A stretch of DNA of 64,000 bases from Octopus sinensis (GCF_006345805.1 NW_021833044.1:23296-87295); one strand, 5' to 3'. Positions 40,762 to 54,238 are shown, counted from the stretch's first letter. The notes: generated by a model from the sequence alone, not told the origin. Made by a program: numbers and translations.

Positions 40762-40985
40762 CGTGTATGTTTGTGTGCCTGTGTTTGTCCCCCTAGCATT
40801 GCTTGACAACCGATGCTGGTGTGTTTATGTCTCCGTCACTTAGCGGTTCAGCAAAAGAGACCGATAGAATAAGTACTGGGTTTACAAAGAATAAGCCCCG
40901 GGGTCGAGTTGCTCGACTAAAGGCGGTGCTCCAGCATGGCCGCAGTCAAAATGACTGAAACAAGTAAAATGAAAAAGAAAAAGAA
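40553..40985 (+). mobile_element. tRNA-SINE family A, full length
   Basis: Boxes A and B, CORE-like domain, tail ggcggtgctccagcatggccgcagtcaaaatgactgaaacaagtaaaa. Confidence 0.9.
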
Positions 40986-41434
40986 ATATCTTTTAAAAAT
41001 CAACAAGATGGACATATTTAACGACATGCGCTTCGATGTTTGCATCTGTTCTAATCTGGCTCTGAATTCACATACGAATAAATATTAACGCAAAATGCTG
41101 TTTCAAAATTTGTTAATGATACACTTAAAATGCCAGTATTTTCAGGCAAAGTGATCGCTTTTACAACCTACGCACAGAAGAGTAAAACAATGTTACAATA
41201 AAACGTAACGAATCTGTTTTATATGCAATTTTCAGCGATGAATATAGTTCAAGAAGTTTTTCCGTTTGTGTGCGACTGTCAAATGTTGCGTAAGGACTGG
41301 TCATGCTGAGGCAATGTCGACAATAATTTAGTTGAACAACTTGGTCACACTAATATTTTAAATCTGGTACTTATTCTCTCGGTCTCATTTGCAGCACTGC
41401 TAGATGATGTGGGTGAAAAAACCAGGACTGCTTG

Positions 41435-41492
<58 letters not shown>

Positions 41493-41503
41493 ATACAAAT
41501 ATA

Positions 41504-41534
<31 letters not shown>

Positions 41535-41535
<1 letters not shown>

Positions 41536-41750
41536 AATTTAATCAAAACAAGAAAACAAAGAGAAAACACAACAACGCAAGGACATGGACCACGTATAGT
41601 GTTATTGGACGCTCAGGAAAGGAAAGAAATAGGGAAGATTTTACGTTTCAAACGGAGCTCTTCGCCAGAAACATAGAAAAAGTAAAGATCCAAGGAAGGG
41701 AAGACGGAGGGAAAAAAATCCCCAACGATACACACGCGGTCACATATTGA
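41535..41750 (-). mobile_element. Short Penelope-type element with variant hammerhead (41637-41673)
   Basis: gttt-CTGGCGA-A-gagc tcc gttt-GAAAC GTA-aaat; tail resembles 850-935 (minus). Confidence 0.6.
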
Positions 41751-41989
41751 ATGGAATATTGAATATATTGAGTATATTTAGTATATAAACGTCATTTTCA
41801 GTTGCAGAAACAGAAAAAGAGGTGTGAACTGAAACTCCCGGTGATATCAAAACAATAAATGAAAAGATGTAAGAAAAGCTGAAACAGCGGAAACTAAAAA
41901 TTATATGAAAATCCAGAGAAAGTTACAGAAGATAATTTGAATGCGAAGCACTGATCTTTTTGCAACGCTCTTCAAACAGGTTTTGACCA

Positions 41990-43335
41990 CAGATTTCTGC
42001 AGCTTGCTGGCTGACACCCAGCATGGTTTCCGACTAGGAAGAGGTTGCCTGACTCAGCTCTTACAACACTACGACTGGGTGTTGAAACATCTGCTCAACC
42101 ACTCGAATGTGGATGTGATATATCCCGACTTTGCAAAGGACTTCGATAAAGTCGATCATGTAATGATATGTCACAAACTGCGTGATCTCGGCATAGTTGG
42201 GAAATTAGGAGAATGACTATATGACTTTCTGAGAGAAAGAAATCAAGCAGCAGTAACCAATGCGGACACTTCTAATGACACGCAAAAAGTGAGTGGTGTT
42301 CCGCAAGGCACAGTTCTGGGACCACTACTGTAGGTAACAATCTTCTCAGATATGCCCCCAGACACACAGGGAGCTATGATCATAAGTTATACAAAAGTCT
42401 TACAGGTGGTGCAGATTCCTGTAGAGGCTATGCACCTGCAACATGAGTTACATGAAACACGAGTAGGTTAAGAAAAATATCATGCCGAAAAGTTTCAAGC
42501 CCTATACTATTAGCATGCAAAACTAAATGCAATACCAATTCGATTCACTGGACCTAGAGGGATTGCAATCCCAGAGACACAATCAGTGTGACCCCTGGGC
42601 ATTTATATGAGTAATGATGCATCCTTCCATGTGCATGATGCTAAGTTAGCAATGAAATGCAGACGGCTGACCCGATGGATTCATAGAACATTTAAAACAA
42701 GAGTTTACGAAACCACGATGGTCCTCTGGAAGACATTTGTCCTAAGTCACTTTGACTATTGCTCCCAGTTATGGTCACCAACCAGTTTAAAATTAATTGC
42801 AGAAACTGAGGCAATCCAACGAAGCTACACGAAGAACATAGCCTCTATGCAGCATATAAGCTACAGGGAAAGACTCACGAGATTGAGACTCTATTCCCCG
42901 GAGCGTAGGCGGAAAAAATATGCTGTAATATACATCTGGAAGATCCTGGAGGGACTTGTTGCAATCTTTGGCACTGAGAGTTAGAACTAACGCTAAAACA
43001 GTGCGACACTGCATAGTGCCATCGAAATATAGGACAAGATATTGCAATAGCCTGGGTTTAAAAAGCCCACAGCTCTTCAATAGCCCCTCCTCCGAAGTAC
43101 CTGAAGGACCTACATGGGGTGGATGTAGATGTCTTCAAAGCAAAGCTAGATCTCTTACTGTCAAGAGTCTCAGATGAACCGACTTTACAGCAGGAAGTGC
43201 AAATGAAGGTAGTGGTGTAAACCTCCCCATGCACCAAATCTCAAGTTCTAAATAGAATTATTGAAATAAAAATTATGTAGGAACACCAAATGGTGGTGCC
43301 CCAGCATGGTCACAGCTTGTGAGCTGAAACTAGTT
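41990..43335 (+). mobile_element. CR1-group LINE 3' half (RT pseudogene)
   Basis: QHGFRLGRGCLTQLL, VDVIYPDFAKDFDKVDH, SGVPQGTVLGPLL, FVLSHFDYCSQLWSP, SYRERL..LYS.ERRR. Confidence 0.9.
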
Positions 43336-43441
43336 CAGTTGAATTCGATATGAAGTTCTTGCTTTTCATGATGAACATTCATCTACATTATTTACATTAT
43401 TTACCTTCGACGGATATTTGTCCTCATCTTTTTTTGTTGTT

Positions 43442-43487
43442 AACATAACGTTTCGGCTGATATACCCTGCAGCCTTCATCGGGTGTC
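43442..43487 (-). ncRNA. Minimal hammerhead ribozyme
   Basis: gacac-CCGATGA-a-ggctg..cagcc-GAAAC GTT-atgtt. Confidence 0.75.
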
Positions 43488-43564
43488 TTGGGGAAATTTC
43501 GAACCTGGATTCTCATTCCTAAGGTAATTTTCGATGTCATTATTATTGTTATTATTATTATTAA

Positions 43565-43639
<75 letters not shown>

Positions 43640-43640
43640 A

Positions 43641-43711
43641 GGTCACTGCCTGGAATGAATTCGGAATCTTGGGGTTAGTAGCGCGCGCTCTTAATCACTA
43701 CGCCTTATGCA
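43641..43711 (-). promoter_or_regulatory. tRNA-derived head (Pol III box A and box B)
   Basis: aggcgtagtgattaagagcgcgcgctactaaccccaagattccgaattcattccaggcagtgacc; the opposite copy keeps a perfect box A TGGCGTAGTGG at 43722-43732 (+). Confidence 0.65.
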
Positions 43712-43794
43712 TTTGGGCTTATGGCGTAGTGGTAAATAATAATAACATCGAAAACTACATTAGGAATGAGAATCCAGGTTTGAAATTTCTCCAA

Positions 43795-43840
43795 GACACC
43801 TGAAGAAGGCTAGAGGGTATATTAACCGAAACGTTGTGTT
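43795..43840 (+). ncRNA. Minimal hammerhead ribozyme
   Basis: gacac-CTGAAGA-a-ggcta..taacc-GAAAC GTT-gtgtt. Confidence 0.75.
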
Positions 43841-45684
43841 AACAACAAACAAGATGAGGACAAATATCCGTCAAATGCAAGTAATGTAAATAATGTACAT
43901 AATTCCTTATCTCTTAAATATAGAACTGAACATTCATCTGTTCGAAAATTAAAGCGTCCGCTCCGAAGAATTAGAAAGTGGTTGAATATACCGCAACATT
44001 TTGTACTGTTCATGTCATTCAACGTAATTATCAGGGTAAATTATTGTGGCATTTTATGATGAACATCGATTATTGTGGCACAGCTAGAGGCCATCCACTT
44101 TGTTCTTGATGCGATGAAGTGTATTTAGAGAAATATCTGCTTCTATAGCCAGACTGCTGCATATATCTTGTGAGAAAAAAATTAAGAATAAACAAAAAAA
44201 GAGAATCTCATTGCTTGGAATATATCAAAACTTACAGTATAGAAATAATGGAGATCATTACATCTCACTGCAATCCTGGTCCGGAAATCGAAACTACGAT
44301 GATTTTGCGAATGTAAGTGCAATAATTTAACATCTAGGACATGTGGTTTCACCTTGTTATATACTGCCTTGCAAATTCAGCCAGTTATTGGCATTTAAGT
44401 CAGCACTGGATTAACGATTAACCATTAAGTAAAATAAGTACGTGCTTACGGCATCAAGGGACGGGGGGATGGAGGCGAACAGAAATGGTGAATGGTTTAC
44501 GGCACAAAAGAATTCCTTTTAAATATTCTAAAACAATATCCGTAGTGGATTATATGATTATTATATGATTATAATATAATTGTGAAGTGGTCACCTTGTC
44601 ATAGTGAAGATCAAATCAAAAGCAGCAATAAAATTTTTTTTCAATCTGACTGCTTTAGTTTTGTTACATTTATGGATCACCAAAATCGCTATGCGTCTCA
44701 ATCCGACTCAACGTTAAGTGTGAGCGTTACTCTGGAAAAACATAGTTGCCAAAATATCAATTCAAGACCAAGTTATTCGTTTGACTGAACATTTAATCTC
44801 CATCGTTAAACAACGGAGATCCACCATTATCACCACTGCCATCATAGAACGCAGAAATACATTCAGGTCAGGTCATAGCGGATGGGGGAGGGACTACGTA
44901 CTGTCGCAGTGTGTCGCTGCACCCACTATTTGTCGGTATTTATTCGCATCGTCCTGGGTAACCCTCTAAGTAGTGCTCTAGTCAGGCTCTTATCTCTGCG
45001 AGATCATCTTTCATCTGCCATGACCATGTGGCACGAGTCGCAACTCCAGTCAGATTCTTTCGAAACACATTCAATAGAACTAAAACCTCGAAACAAGTGT
45101 ATTTCACCTTGATCCAATCCATTCAGGTGGCAAAAATGAGTAGTATCTGTTATTCAAAGGGCCAGCGATGTGAGAAATACGTTAAGAGCATTCGTGAGTG
45201 CTCAGCCACTTGCACATTAATTTCTCATGTAGGCCGTTCCATTGATCAGACAAAGTGGAACGCTTATCCTCGTTTCCAACGGAGTGCCGGTCATATATTT
45301 GCGTATGAAACAATACATGCATTCCTTAAAACACTTTATCTCCCTAAGTTGGTGTTTTCTCTCTCTCTCTCTCTCCCAGCCTCTCTTACTCTCTCTCGTC
45401 TTGTCTCTTGCGCTCTCTCTCGTCCTCGTAGTGTCTCCTTTGCATCCCTCACGATCTTTTCTCATGGCTTTCTCTTTTTTCTCGTTCTTCTTCATCTAGA
45501 CATGCACACATGTAAGTAAATACAGATATCTAAATGACCTTGTCATTTACGGTGTATAGCTAACTCTCCCTGGATCCTGTTTGGTATATGACACTATATA
45601 TATATATATATATATAAAGTTTATATTATATATATTATATATATATGTATGTATATATATACATATGATATATATATATATGTT

Positions 45685-45766
<82 letters not shown>

Positions 45767-45842
45767 TCCACACACACACTCACATATATTCAATTCGAAT
45801 AAACACAATTAAGAATAATCGAAGAACTCCCGAATGAAAAAC

Positions 45843-45876
<34 letters not shown>

Positions 45877-46223
45877 TGTGTATATGTATGTATATGTGTG
45901 CGTATATATATGTGCATAGGTGGTTCTGTGTGTATGTGTATGTATGCACATGTCCGTGGTTGATGTGAGCGCTGAATATTCAGATGCATGCGCGTGCTTG
46001 CGTGTGCGTGTGTGTGTATATGTGTGTATGTGTGTGCATGTGAGTATGTTCCTAGGTGCGCGTAACGCTGAATGCATGAGGGTATTTTGAACACATTCTA
46101 TGTAATGGCCATAAATGAATAACAAACACACATGTGCAATATCAAACACATGCGCGCGCACTTGCACACATATGTGTATGTATATATGTGTGTGTGTATG
46201 TGTATGTGTGCGCGTGGGTTTGA

Positions 46224-46269
<46 letters not shown>

Positions 46270-47339
46270 GTAGTATAAACAGTTAAAAGCGTAGCAATAT
46301 ATTAATATTCAGTATAAACTGATATCCTCTTGCCGAATTATTCATTTTTATATATTTTCTTATTTTAATATTTATTTATTTTATTATTTTTATATTTTAC
46401 CATTTGTTTTTGTGCCTCATTTTTCCGTTCTGTTTACGCTTTTCTTTTATCGTATTTAATTGTTATTATTTTTTTTATTCATATTTATAGCTTCAGCTTA
46501 TTCTTATAATTTACTGTAACTAAATAAAATACGAAGCAATATTCAAAACAAATATTTTGTATTTTTTGTTGTTGCTTGTTTATTTCTTAAAATTTGTGTC
46601 TATTTTCTTTCTTTTTATTTGTTGTTGTATTTTTCGTCCTCCTCCACTTTATTCGGGAGTTGTCTTGTGGTGTGTGAGTTGAATTGAAAGGACTTGTGAA
46701 CATAATCTTTTATTTTTATAATCAAATAATTTTTCTTTATCTATAATTTAATTAAAAGTAACAATGGAAGCAACAACCGACACCCAAATCATACACACCG
46801 CCGTCAACCCATCTCCACCATCTCCACCAAATCTCCATCACCACTAAGATTACTACCAACATCACCACCACCACTGGCACCAGCTTCACCCCCCCCAACG
46901 ACCCCTAAAATCCTTTCCACAAGAGAAATTTCGACCACAAACTAACTCTTTCCTGTAGCTTTTTTGTAAGGCTGTCACATCGACGAATCCAATCGCTTAT
47001 ATCGCAACCTAAACTACCATCACACCACCATCCATGCCATAACCTGCAGCACCACCGCCGCCAGCATCACCACGATTGCAGCATCACCACTACTCTCAGG
47101 AGCAACAGCAACATCATCACAACCGAAACAACCAGCAACACCAACATCACTCACGCTTGTAATACCAGTAAGATGTTCACTGCTGCACCGACACCGCAGA
47201 CATTGTTTTGTAAATTTCAGTGCCAGAGAATTAGACAATCTGAATCTATAGAAGAAATTCCATGCCCATAATGGAGTGATCAGTGCATTGAGATCGAATC
47301 ACGAAATTCTCTTTAGAACATATATATGTATACGTGCAT

Positions 47340-48120
47340 ACACATGGACTTTTGAATCATGCATCATCATGGCTCGGCTTCGCGAACGAAGATCAGGAAG
47401 GCTGTTCACGTCGCGTGCATGCACACTCATGACTGACAAGTTTGATATGGGAAAGGCAGGTCCGTGAGCAGTGTCCACAGACGAAGGTAACATCTGGTGT
47501 GGTGTCAGAGGCGCCTCGCGCCTTCCTCTTGCGTCTCTTGTCTTTAAGTGCGTTCCTCAAAATTGCTGACTGCGTTGAAGATCGTGTGGCAACAGACATC
47601 ACGGACCGCAGCCAGGTCTGACCAGCATTGGTGGTTAATTTGACACGCTGTTAGAGACTTCTTGAGGCAGTCTTTGTAGCGCTTCCTCGGAGCTCCTCTC
47701 ATTCGGTGGCCTGTGGAGATTTCGCCAAACAGGGCAATCTTTGGAAGGCGATGGTTCTCCATTCTGGAGACATGCCCTGCACATCGTAGGTGGTGCTTCA
47801 GTAGCGTGGCGTCAATGCTGGGGATCTCGGCCCGCTCCAAAACTTCAATGTTTGTGACTCCAGTTAATGTTGAGGATGGTGCGGAGACATCGCTGGTGGA
47901 AGTGCTCGAGGAGACGGATGTGACTGCAGTAAGTGATCATATCCGTTATGCCTCTGTTGGCTCTGAATCCACACTGGCTCTCGGGGAGGTTTTCTTCAGC
48001 GATGGTTGGTACTAGCCTATTGAGCAGGATCCTGGCAAGTATTTTGCAGGCGATGGAGAGTAGGGTGATTCCCCGGTAGTTGGTGCAGTCAGACCTTTCA
48101 CCCTTGTTTTTGTACAGTGC
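47340..48120 (-). mobile_element. RTE-clade LINE RT/3' end with a large internal deletion
   Basis: KNKGERSDCTNYRGITLLS..LPESQCGFR..DMI joined to LEHFHQRCLR, GHVSRM..RLPK, C-terminal CGHC..H zinc finger. Confidence 0.9.
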
Positions 48121-48309
48121 AACACAAAATGCACGATTCAGCATGTATTCAAAACTCAATGCGAATCTTTATGAAGCTATGAAAAGAATCAGCGTAATTT
48201 AGCATACTTTTCCTTCTAGTGGTCTTCGTCTTTTTAAACTTTACGCAATCAATATGAAAAAAGACACCGAAAACAGGAAAAAACAGTTCAGAAATTATGT
48301 ATCATGATA

Positions 48310-48385
48310 TTCTTACACGTGTTTCAATGAAAATCTTAAGGTTGAATTTTATTCTGCTTCTTTCATCTTAAGATGAAAAGCAATA
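48310..48385 (-). ncRNA. Degenerate hammerhead in pLTR remnant
   Basis: CTTAAGA-tgaaag...ttttcatt-GAAAC acgt GTA-agaa. Confidence 0.45.
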
Positions 48386-49074
48386 GCCACTTATGCTAAG
48401 CTGTGTTTGCATGTGTTATAATTTGGTAATAAAACGCTGCTATTTCTTTGCTAAGCTTTGATACATTATAGAATTCTTTAACTATCACCGCAGTGATATT
48501 TATAATCATTAGAGTCCACTGGGAGATTATTCTGAGTTTGCAGTAATGAAACTGTTATGAGATTGAATGACACGACTGCTGAGTCATATTTCTATATCGT
48601 CTGTAGTGCTCGTTTTTTGCAAGTTGCAAAGTGTTAACCACTAATTTCTCCTAATATTATCAATATTCCTGTCGCACAAATTCCCTTTTCTTACAATCCT
48701 CTCTGTCTCTCACACTCACTCTCTCATTCTCTCTCACACACATAAAAATCCGTATATAGGATACCATCTCATACATTGATATATAAAGATAGATAGACAG
48801 CCGGATAGACAGACAGATAGACAGATTGACAGATAGATAGATAAATTGATAGATAGATAGATAGACAGATAGGTAGATAGATTGTTAAATACAGCTACCC
48901 ATGGTTTTCTGCTCCAATCAATGATTTCAAGTAGTTAAGAAGACTGTTATCAGCTTGAAAAATGACAAGTTGCACCATGTTTCGACAAGGAAACATTGTG
49001 TAACTGTTTAACGAGAATTGTGTTTGTTAAGCGCAGGTGTGGGTGTGTGGTAAGAACCTTGCTACCCGCGCATG

Positions 49075-50915
49075 AGTGTTGTCAGTGTTGTTCGCACCGC
49101 TGAATAGAAGTCACCGCGCAGGTTTGAAGCTAGTGAAATCGTGATAAAAAAAAAACCTCAACTGCAAGGTAAGACTTGTATTTTGGGTGGGGGTTTGTTG
49201 TTTGCCGTGATTATTATTATTTTTTTTTACAAAAAAGAAGTCCTTACTGGATTCTGGACTCTGGTCTGCCTACAGTTGAGTGTTTTTCTCACTTAATTGT
49301 GAGAATTGTTGTTTTAGGGGCGTATCTCCCCAAAAATTGTCCACTTTCATTGTGTGAATTCACCGAAGATACAACTTCTTTTACAAATTTTTGTGGACGC
49401 TGTATTCCAAGTCGTGGCGTTCCAGATTCAAGTCGGATTACCAAATAGACCTAGATTACCGAGTGGCAAGACATTTTGCTTGCTGTGCTTTTTGAACTGC
49501 AGACTGTTTTCTTTCCTTCTTTTTGTGATTTTGTTTTGATTTCTTTCTTTTTCTTCCTTCTTTTTTCAATTTTTATCTGAACTGTTTTTGGACATTTTAT
49601 TTAAAAAAAAAAGAACATGGCAAAGAAGAAGGACAAAGTTTTGGAGTGGGAAATTGTCCCAAACAGTGGTTGAAAGACTGTGAAGAGAGGACGGTGGTGT
49701 TGAGGACTTACTCTAAGTTGCTCGACACCACCACCCTGTTTCAGAAGAATGTTATCGGAAGGGAGTTGGCAGAGTATCTGCCAACCATTAAATTTTGTTT
49801 CTTCCCACGTATTGTGGGAGGAAGTTGACGAGGGCTTGGATCTGTGCCACCCGGAATAGAACCAGAGTGAATAGAGGACTCGCCGGGGTCTGGGTGGCAG
49901 CGGAGCCAAGCTCCTCAATGTAAAAGTTTTGCCTGTGGCTTATTTGGTGGGGTCAAAGGCGGTTTTGACCCTGTAGCCCCAATCAACCAAAAATCTGGTA
50001 TTTCCAGATTGTTTAAAAATGGCCGGGTGCAGGTACCCGGTGATTGTTGAGGGTCCCCCCCCCAGGTGTCATTAGTGCCTGGAGCCCGGCCTATAAAGAA
50101 AAACTGTCCCCAGGAACAAAGTAAGGTCCTGTAGCAGTTGATTGAAACCTCTGTAGAAGATGAAACGAAGGCAGCCGAGGAGGCGGATGGCTCCTCAAGA
50201 GGAAGAAGGTGAGCAACAATGGGTGCTCACCGAAGGATCCTAGGGATGAGGGAGGGGAGACGAATCTCCCGGTCAGGGAGAAGACGCACCCTCCCTCAGT
50301 TGAGAGGGAAAAAAGAGGAAGAGGAAGAGAAACAGGACATTGCCGACAGTCGGTGACATAGTACCGGAATATCCCGGAACCTCGTCGATGGGGGTTGTGC
50401 CACCGGCAGGGGAAGAGACACCGTTGGCAGGAATTGTGCCGCCGGCGGTAGAAGTTAGCTGTGGAGGCCATAATATTGCCCGTATGCGTGGGCTGGAGCG
50501 ACTCATTGAGGAATATCGCTTGTGGCGGGTAACCCCGACACGGCACCAGCTTTGTGATTGAGTGAGGTGTGGGTGATGGCAGAGGATGGGGTCACAAGCG
50601 ATGTTGGGGAGGAATATGAATAAGAGGTTGAAAAGCCTCAGTGTTATTGAAAGTTCCTAGTTTGGAAAAAGGTAAGAGGCTTAGTGCCTCATTTTGTTAT
50701 TGGATTGTGAACAGTGTCAGAGGTTTGTTGGTTTGTTGCCTCATGAATAATATATGAAATCAATGTTCTCGAGGAACGACGATCAGCGGGCGTCGCTGTT
50801 TCTCCCATTAATCATCATTTTCCTCTTTCATTTCATATAACATTATGTCTATGTCCAGCCCGCCGCTTCCTTTCTCTATCTAAAGCCTTTATGGCCAATA
50901 TAATGAAATAAAGAA
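49075..50915 (+). mobile_element. L1/Tx1-like element with decayed ORF1 only (HAL1-like)
   Basis: MAKKKDK start ~49617, ERTVVLRTYS, YPVIVEG-PP-RCH*CLEPG(H)IKKNCP zinc knuckle ~50067-50110; no APE or RT before tail gccttatggccaata-like end. Confidence 0.6.
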
Positions 50916-50924
50916 GCAAACTAT

Positions 50925-51240
50925 TTCATCTGTCTTTACGTTCTGAGTTCAAATTCCACCGAGATCGACTATGCCTTTCATCTATTCGGGGTCGATGTAA
51001 TCGACTTAATACCTTTGTCTGTCCTTATTTGTCGCCTCTATGTTTAGCCCCTTGTGGGCAATAAAGAAATATGAAACGTTGGCACGCCGAGCAAAATGGC
51101 GGTATTTCGTCTGTCTTTACGTTCTGTGGTCGACTTTGCATCTCATCATTTCAGGTCAAGAAATTGAGTACCAGTTGCATATCGGAATCAACTGGCTCCC
51201 TGCCCCAAAAGTTCGATCCTCATGCCTAGAGTTGAAAAGA
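50925..51240 (+). mobile_element. Two SINE family B fragments
   Basis: gagttcaaattccaccgagatcgac..ggggtcgat..tttagccccttgtgggcaataaagaaat. Confidence 0.8.
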
Positions 51241-52149
51241 TTATATGGCCTCAGGTAAGTTCATATTGTATAAGCAGACAATTTCTTCAGACGATATTCA
51301 TTCAAGTATTTGGGCAAAACTACGCTGAATCTATGAGGGAATATATATAACAGACGGAAACAAGAAAATGTTAAGATGGGGATAATAATGATATATTCAA
51401 TTGTATGTATGCATACACATGCAAAATGTTTCTATTCTCTCTTGTATGCTGTAAACTCAAAATTAATTATTGCATTTTCATTAACTGTCGTCGTCCCTTT
51501 TGCAATGCACACAATATTAATAAGGATGCTTGATGTAACGATTGAAACAACGAAAGTAAGGTAAGGGCCAAAAATATATAAAAAAGTAAATGATTGTAGC
51601 AATGACACAAGTTCTGTTACAATCTTGAGGGCCGCAAGAACCCAAACATTATGGGTTCTTGCCATACTATTATCAAGATGGGAAGGAAAGTATATACGGT
51701 GCAGAAATCATGAAAATATACTGTATATGAATTTCGTATACTATCTTGTAAATTACAGAGGGAAATAAACACTCACACGCGCACACACACACACATACAC
51801 ACATACACACACACACATGAAATTTCCAGGAATCCAGGATAAGAAACGTCTGAAATAGCTGTAGTAAACCACAATTTACCGGTTGTTATTATAGATACAT
51901 ACATGCGTACATACATTCATACATACATACATACATACATACATACATACATACATACATACATACATACATACATACACATATGTATTTATGACGACTC
52001 TTAATCTATCCTTTATCCCCCTCTTACTTTCTTTCCATTTTCATTTTCTCGCTCCCCCAATCTCTCACAATTCTTGGCCCTCTCTTTCTTTAACTCCCAC
52101 TATTTCCCACTCATTTATCTCCCCTGTACCTTTCTCTTTGTCTCTGAGA

Positions 52150-52705
52150 TTTTTTTTATAATCCTTCAAATCCGTTGTCCCCTACCCATCTCTCCTCCTT
52201 CCACATCACCGGTGTCCGGCCAGCCATGATCTGTCTTTCTTGGCCTGACTGCCGACCGTTGACACCTCTTGTGTCCGTCTCCTATGTTCCTGCCTTTAAG
52301 GCATTCACTTCATACACGCCAGCTGAATTTGATTTGATTCAGTCGAAAGATACCTGTTGTTATTTCTTGTTTGTATTTGTAATTGCGTACCATATTCTCC
52401 TTTTCCCGTCTTTTTTTGTCCCATGTTCTCCGCGTTTTGCCTTTGTTGCCGTACACATTCGCCGGCTTTCTTACAAAGAGATCTAATGCTCTCAGCTTAG
52501 ACTTTTTGGGAGGCAACCAGCTCGAACCGTCTCAAGTGTAACTGCCTGAAATGGTCGTGACTTCCGGGATTTGACTGAGGAAAGAAGGCCGCGAATGACC
52601 CGTCTTTTTTGCCTGTCATTCTAATTGTTGTTTCTCTTGTCCGTCTTGTATCGTCTATCTGTCCGAATGTTTTATTGAACTCTATAGCGTTTTTGTTCCA
52701 TTTAC
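52150..52705 (+). mobile_element. pLTR-like repeat related to 1200-1706
   Basis: gaCTGAGGA..gcGAAtgacccGTC; ends in (CA)n. Confidence 0.5.
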
Positions 52706-52837
52706 ACACGCACGCTCACACACACACACACACAGACACACAGACACACACACACACACATATATATCTTTGTTTCTCCGTTTCCTGCCTGTATGTCTCT
52801 ATGATTGTGTGCTTGTGCGAATCAGTGTGACTGGTTA

Positions 52838-52912
<75 letters not shown>

Positions 52913-53657
52913 ATCTATCTATCTATCTATCTATCTCCGTACCTAATCTTCCATTTCTATATCTCTATCACACTTTTTCTTTCTATCTGCCTATCTCTCT
53001 CCCTCCCATTCTCTCTCTCTCTCTCTCACACACACACACCGACAGACAGACATTCACACACATACACACTACTATAACACAGAGAAAGTTAAAACGTAAA
53101 GAATCCACGTAGGTCCGAACCACCTACCAATTTATCTACTTTTCCATTAATCTATCTATTTATTTATTATATTAATTTCTCTTCCCTGTTTACTTACTGC
53201 TTCTCATCTTCCTAATCATTTCTGCCTCACTTTCTATTTCTGACTCTCTCTGTAACTCTCTCTCTCTCACTCTTACTTCCTCTCACTACCTCTCAAGTTA
53301 TTTCTTTCTCCCGCTGTCACTCTCTCTGTCTCCGCATATCATTTACTCTCCCTCTCTCTCTCACTCCCACCTCCTCTCTCTGTCTCTTTTACAGTGATAT
53401 TCAAATGATATTGTCTCAGAATGACAAATGTGTAGCAAAGAAGTTGCCTTGCTAATTCGCAATTATGAATAAAACATCAGACTTTTAGCAGTTTAAAACA
53501 ACGTTTCAAATATCCATAATTTATGAGCCATTTTTCTTACTCTTTCTTTATTCTTATATTAATGTTATTTATTTTTTATTAATAACATTATTGCACTTAT
53601 TGTTCTTCATGTTTCCACGATTTGGATTCATTCTGTTTTTGTATATTCATTCAGCGT

Positions 53658-53729
<72 letters not shown>

Positions 53730-53978
53730 ATTATTAGTTTTTTACAATTATTTTATTATGTGCAGTTATTTTCCTTTGTATTTCTTTTGCTAATTCTCTG
53801 TTTTCATTATTATCATATATTTCAGAAGGTTTGTTTTGTAATTTATACTTCATCATCAGATTTCCTTTCATTTTGATTAACAGACACAATCGACTCGACG
53901 TTCCTGTACGATTCCGTGTGTATGTTGGTGTGTATGTGATTGCATGTATGTATGTATGTATGTATTTATATATATAAT

Positions 53979-54046
<68 letters not shown>

Positions 54047-54048
54047 TG

Positions 54049-54079
<31 letters not shown>

Positions 54080-54115
54080 GTATATATATATGTATATATA
54101 TATATAATATATATG

Positions 54116-54149
<34 letters not shown>

Positions 54150-54160
54150 TACATACACAC

Positions 54161-54238
<78 letters not shown>

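Larger units (their letters stand above)
43385..43926. mobile_element. Head-to-head dimer of a tRNA-(AAT)n-hammerhead element with 13-bp TSD
   Basis: Arms ~43385-43545 and ~43735-43898 are reverse complements; TSD tgaacattcatct at 43372-43384 and 43927-43939. Confidence 0.8.

Noticed and set aside
46760-47200. Thr/Pro-rich mucin-like exon
   Set aside because: Degenerate (CAC/CAA)n low complexity with stops; no splice support.
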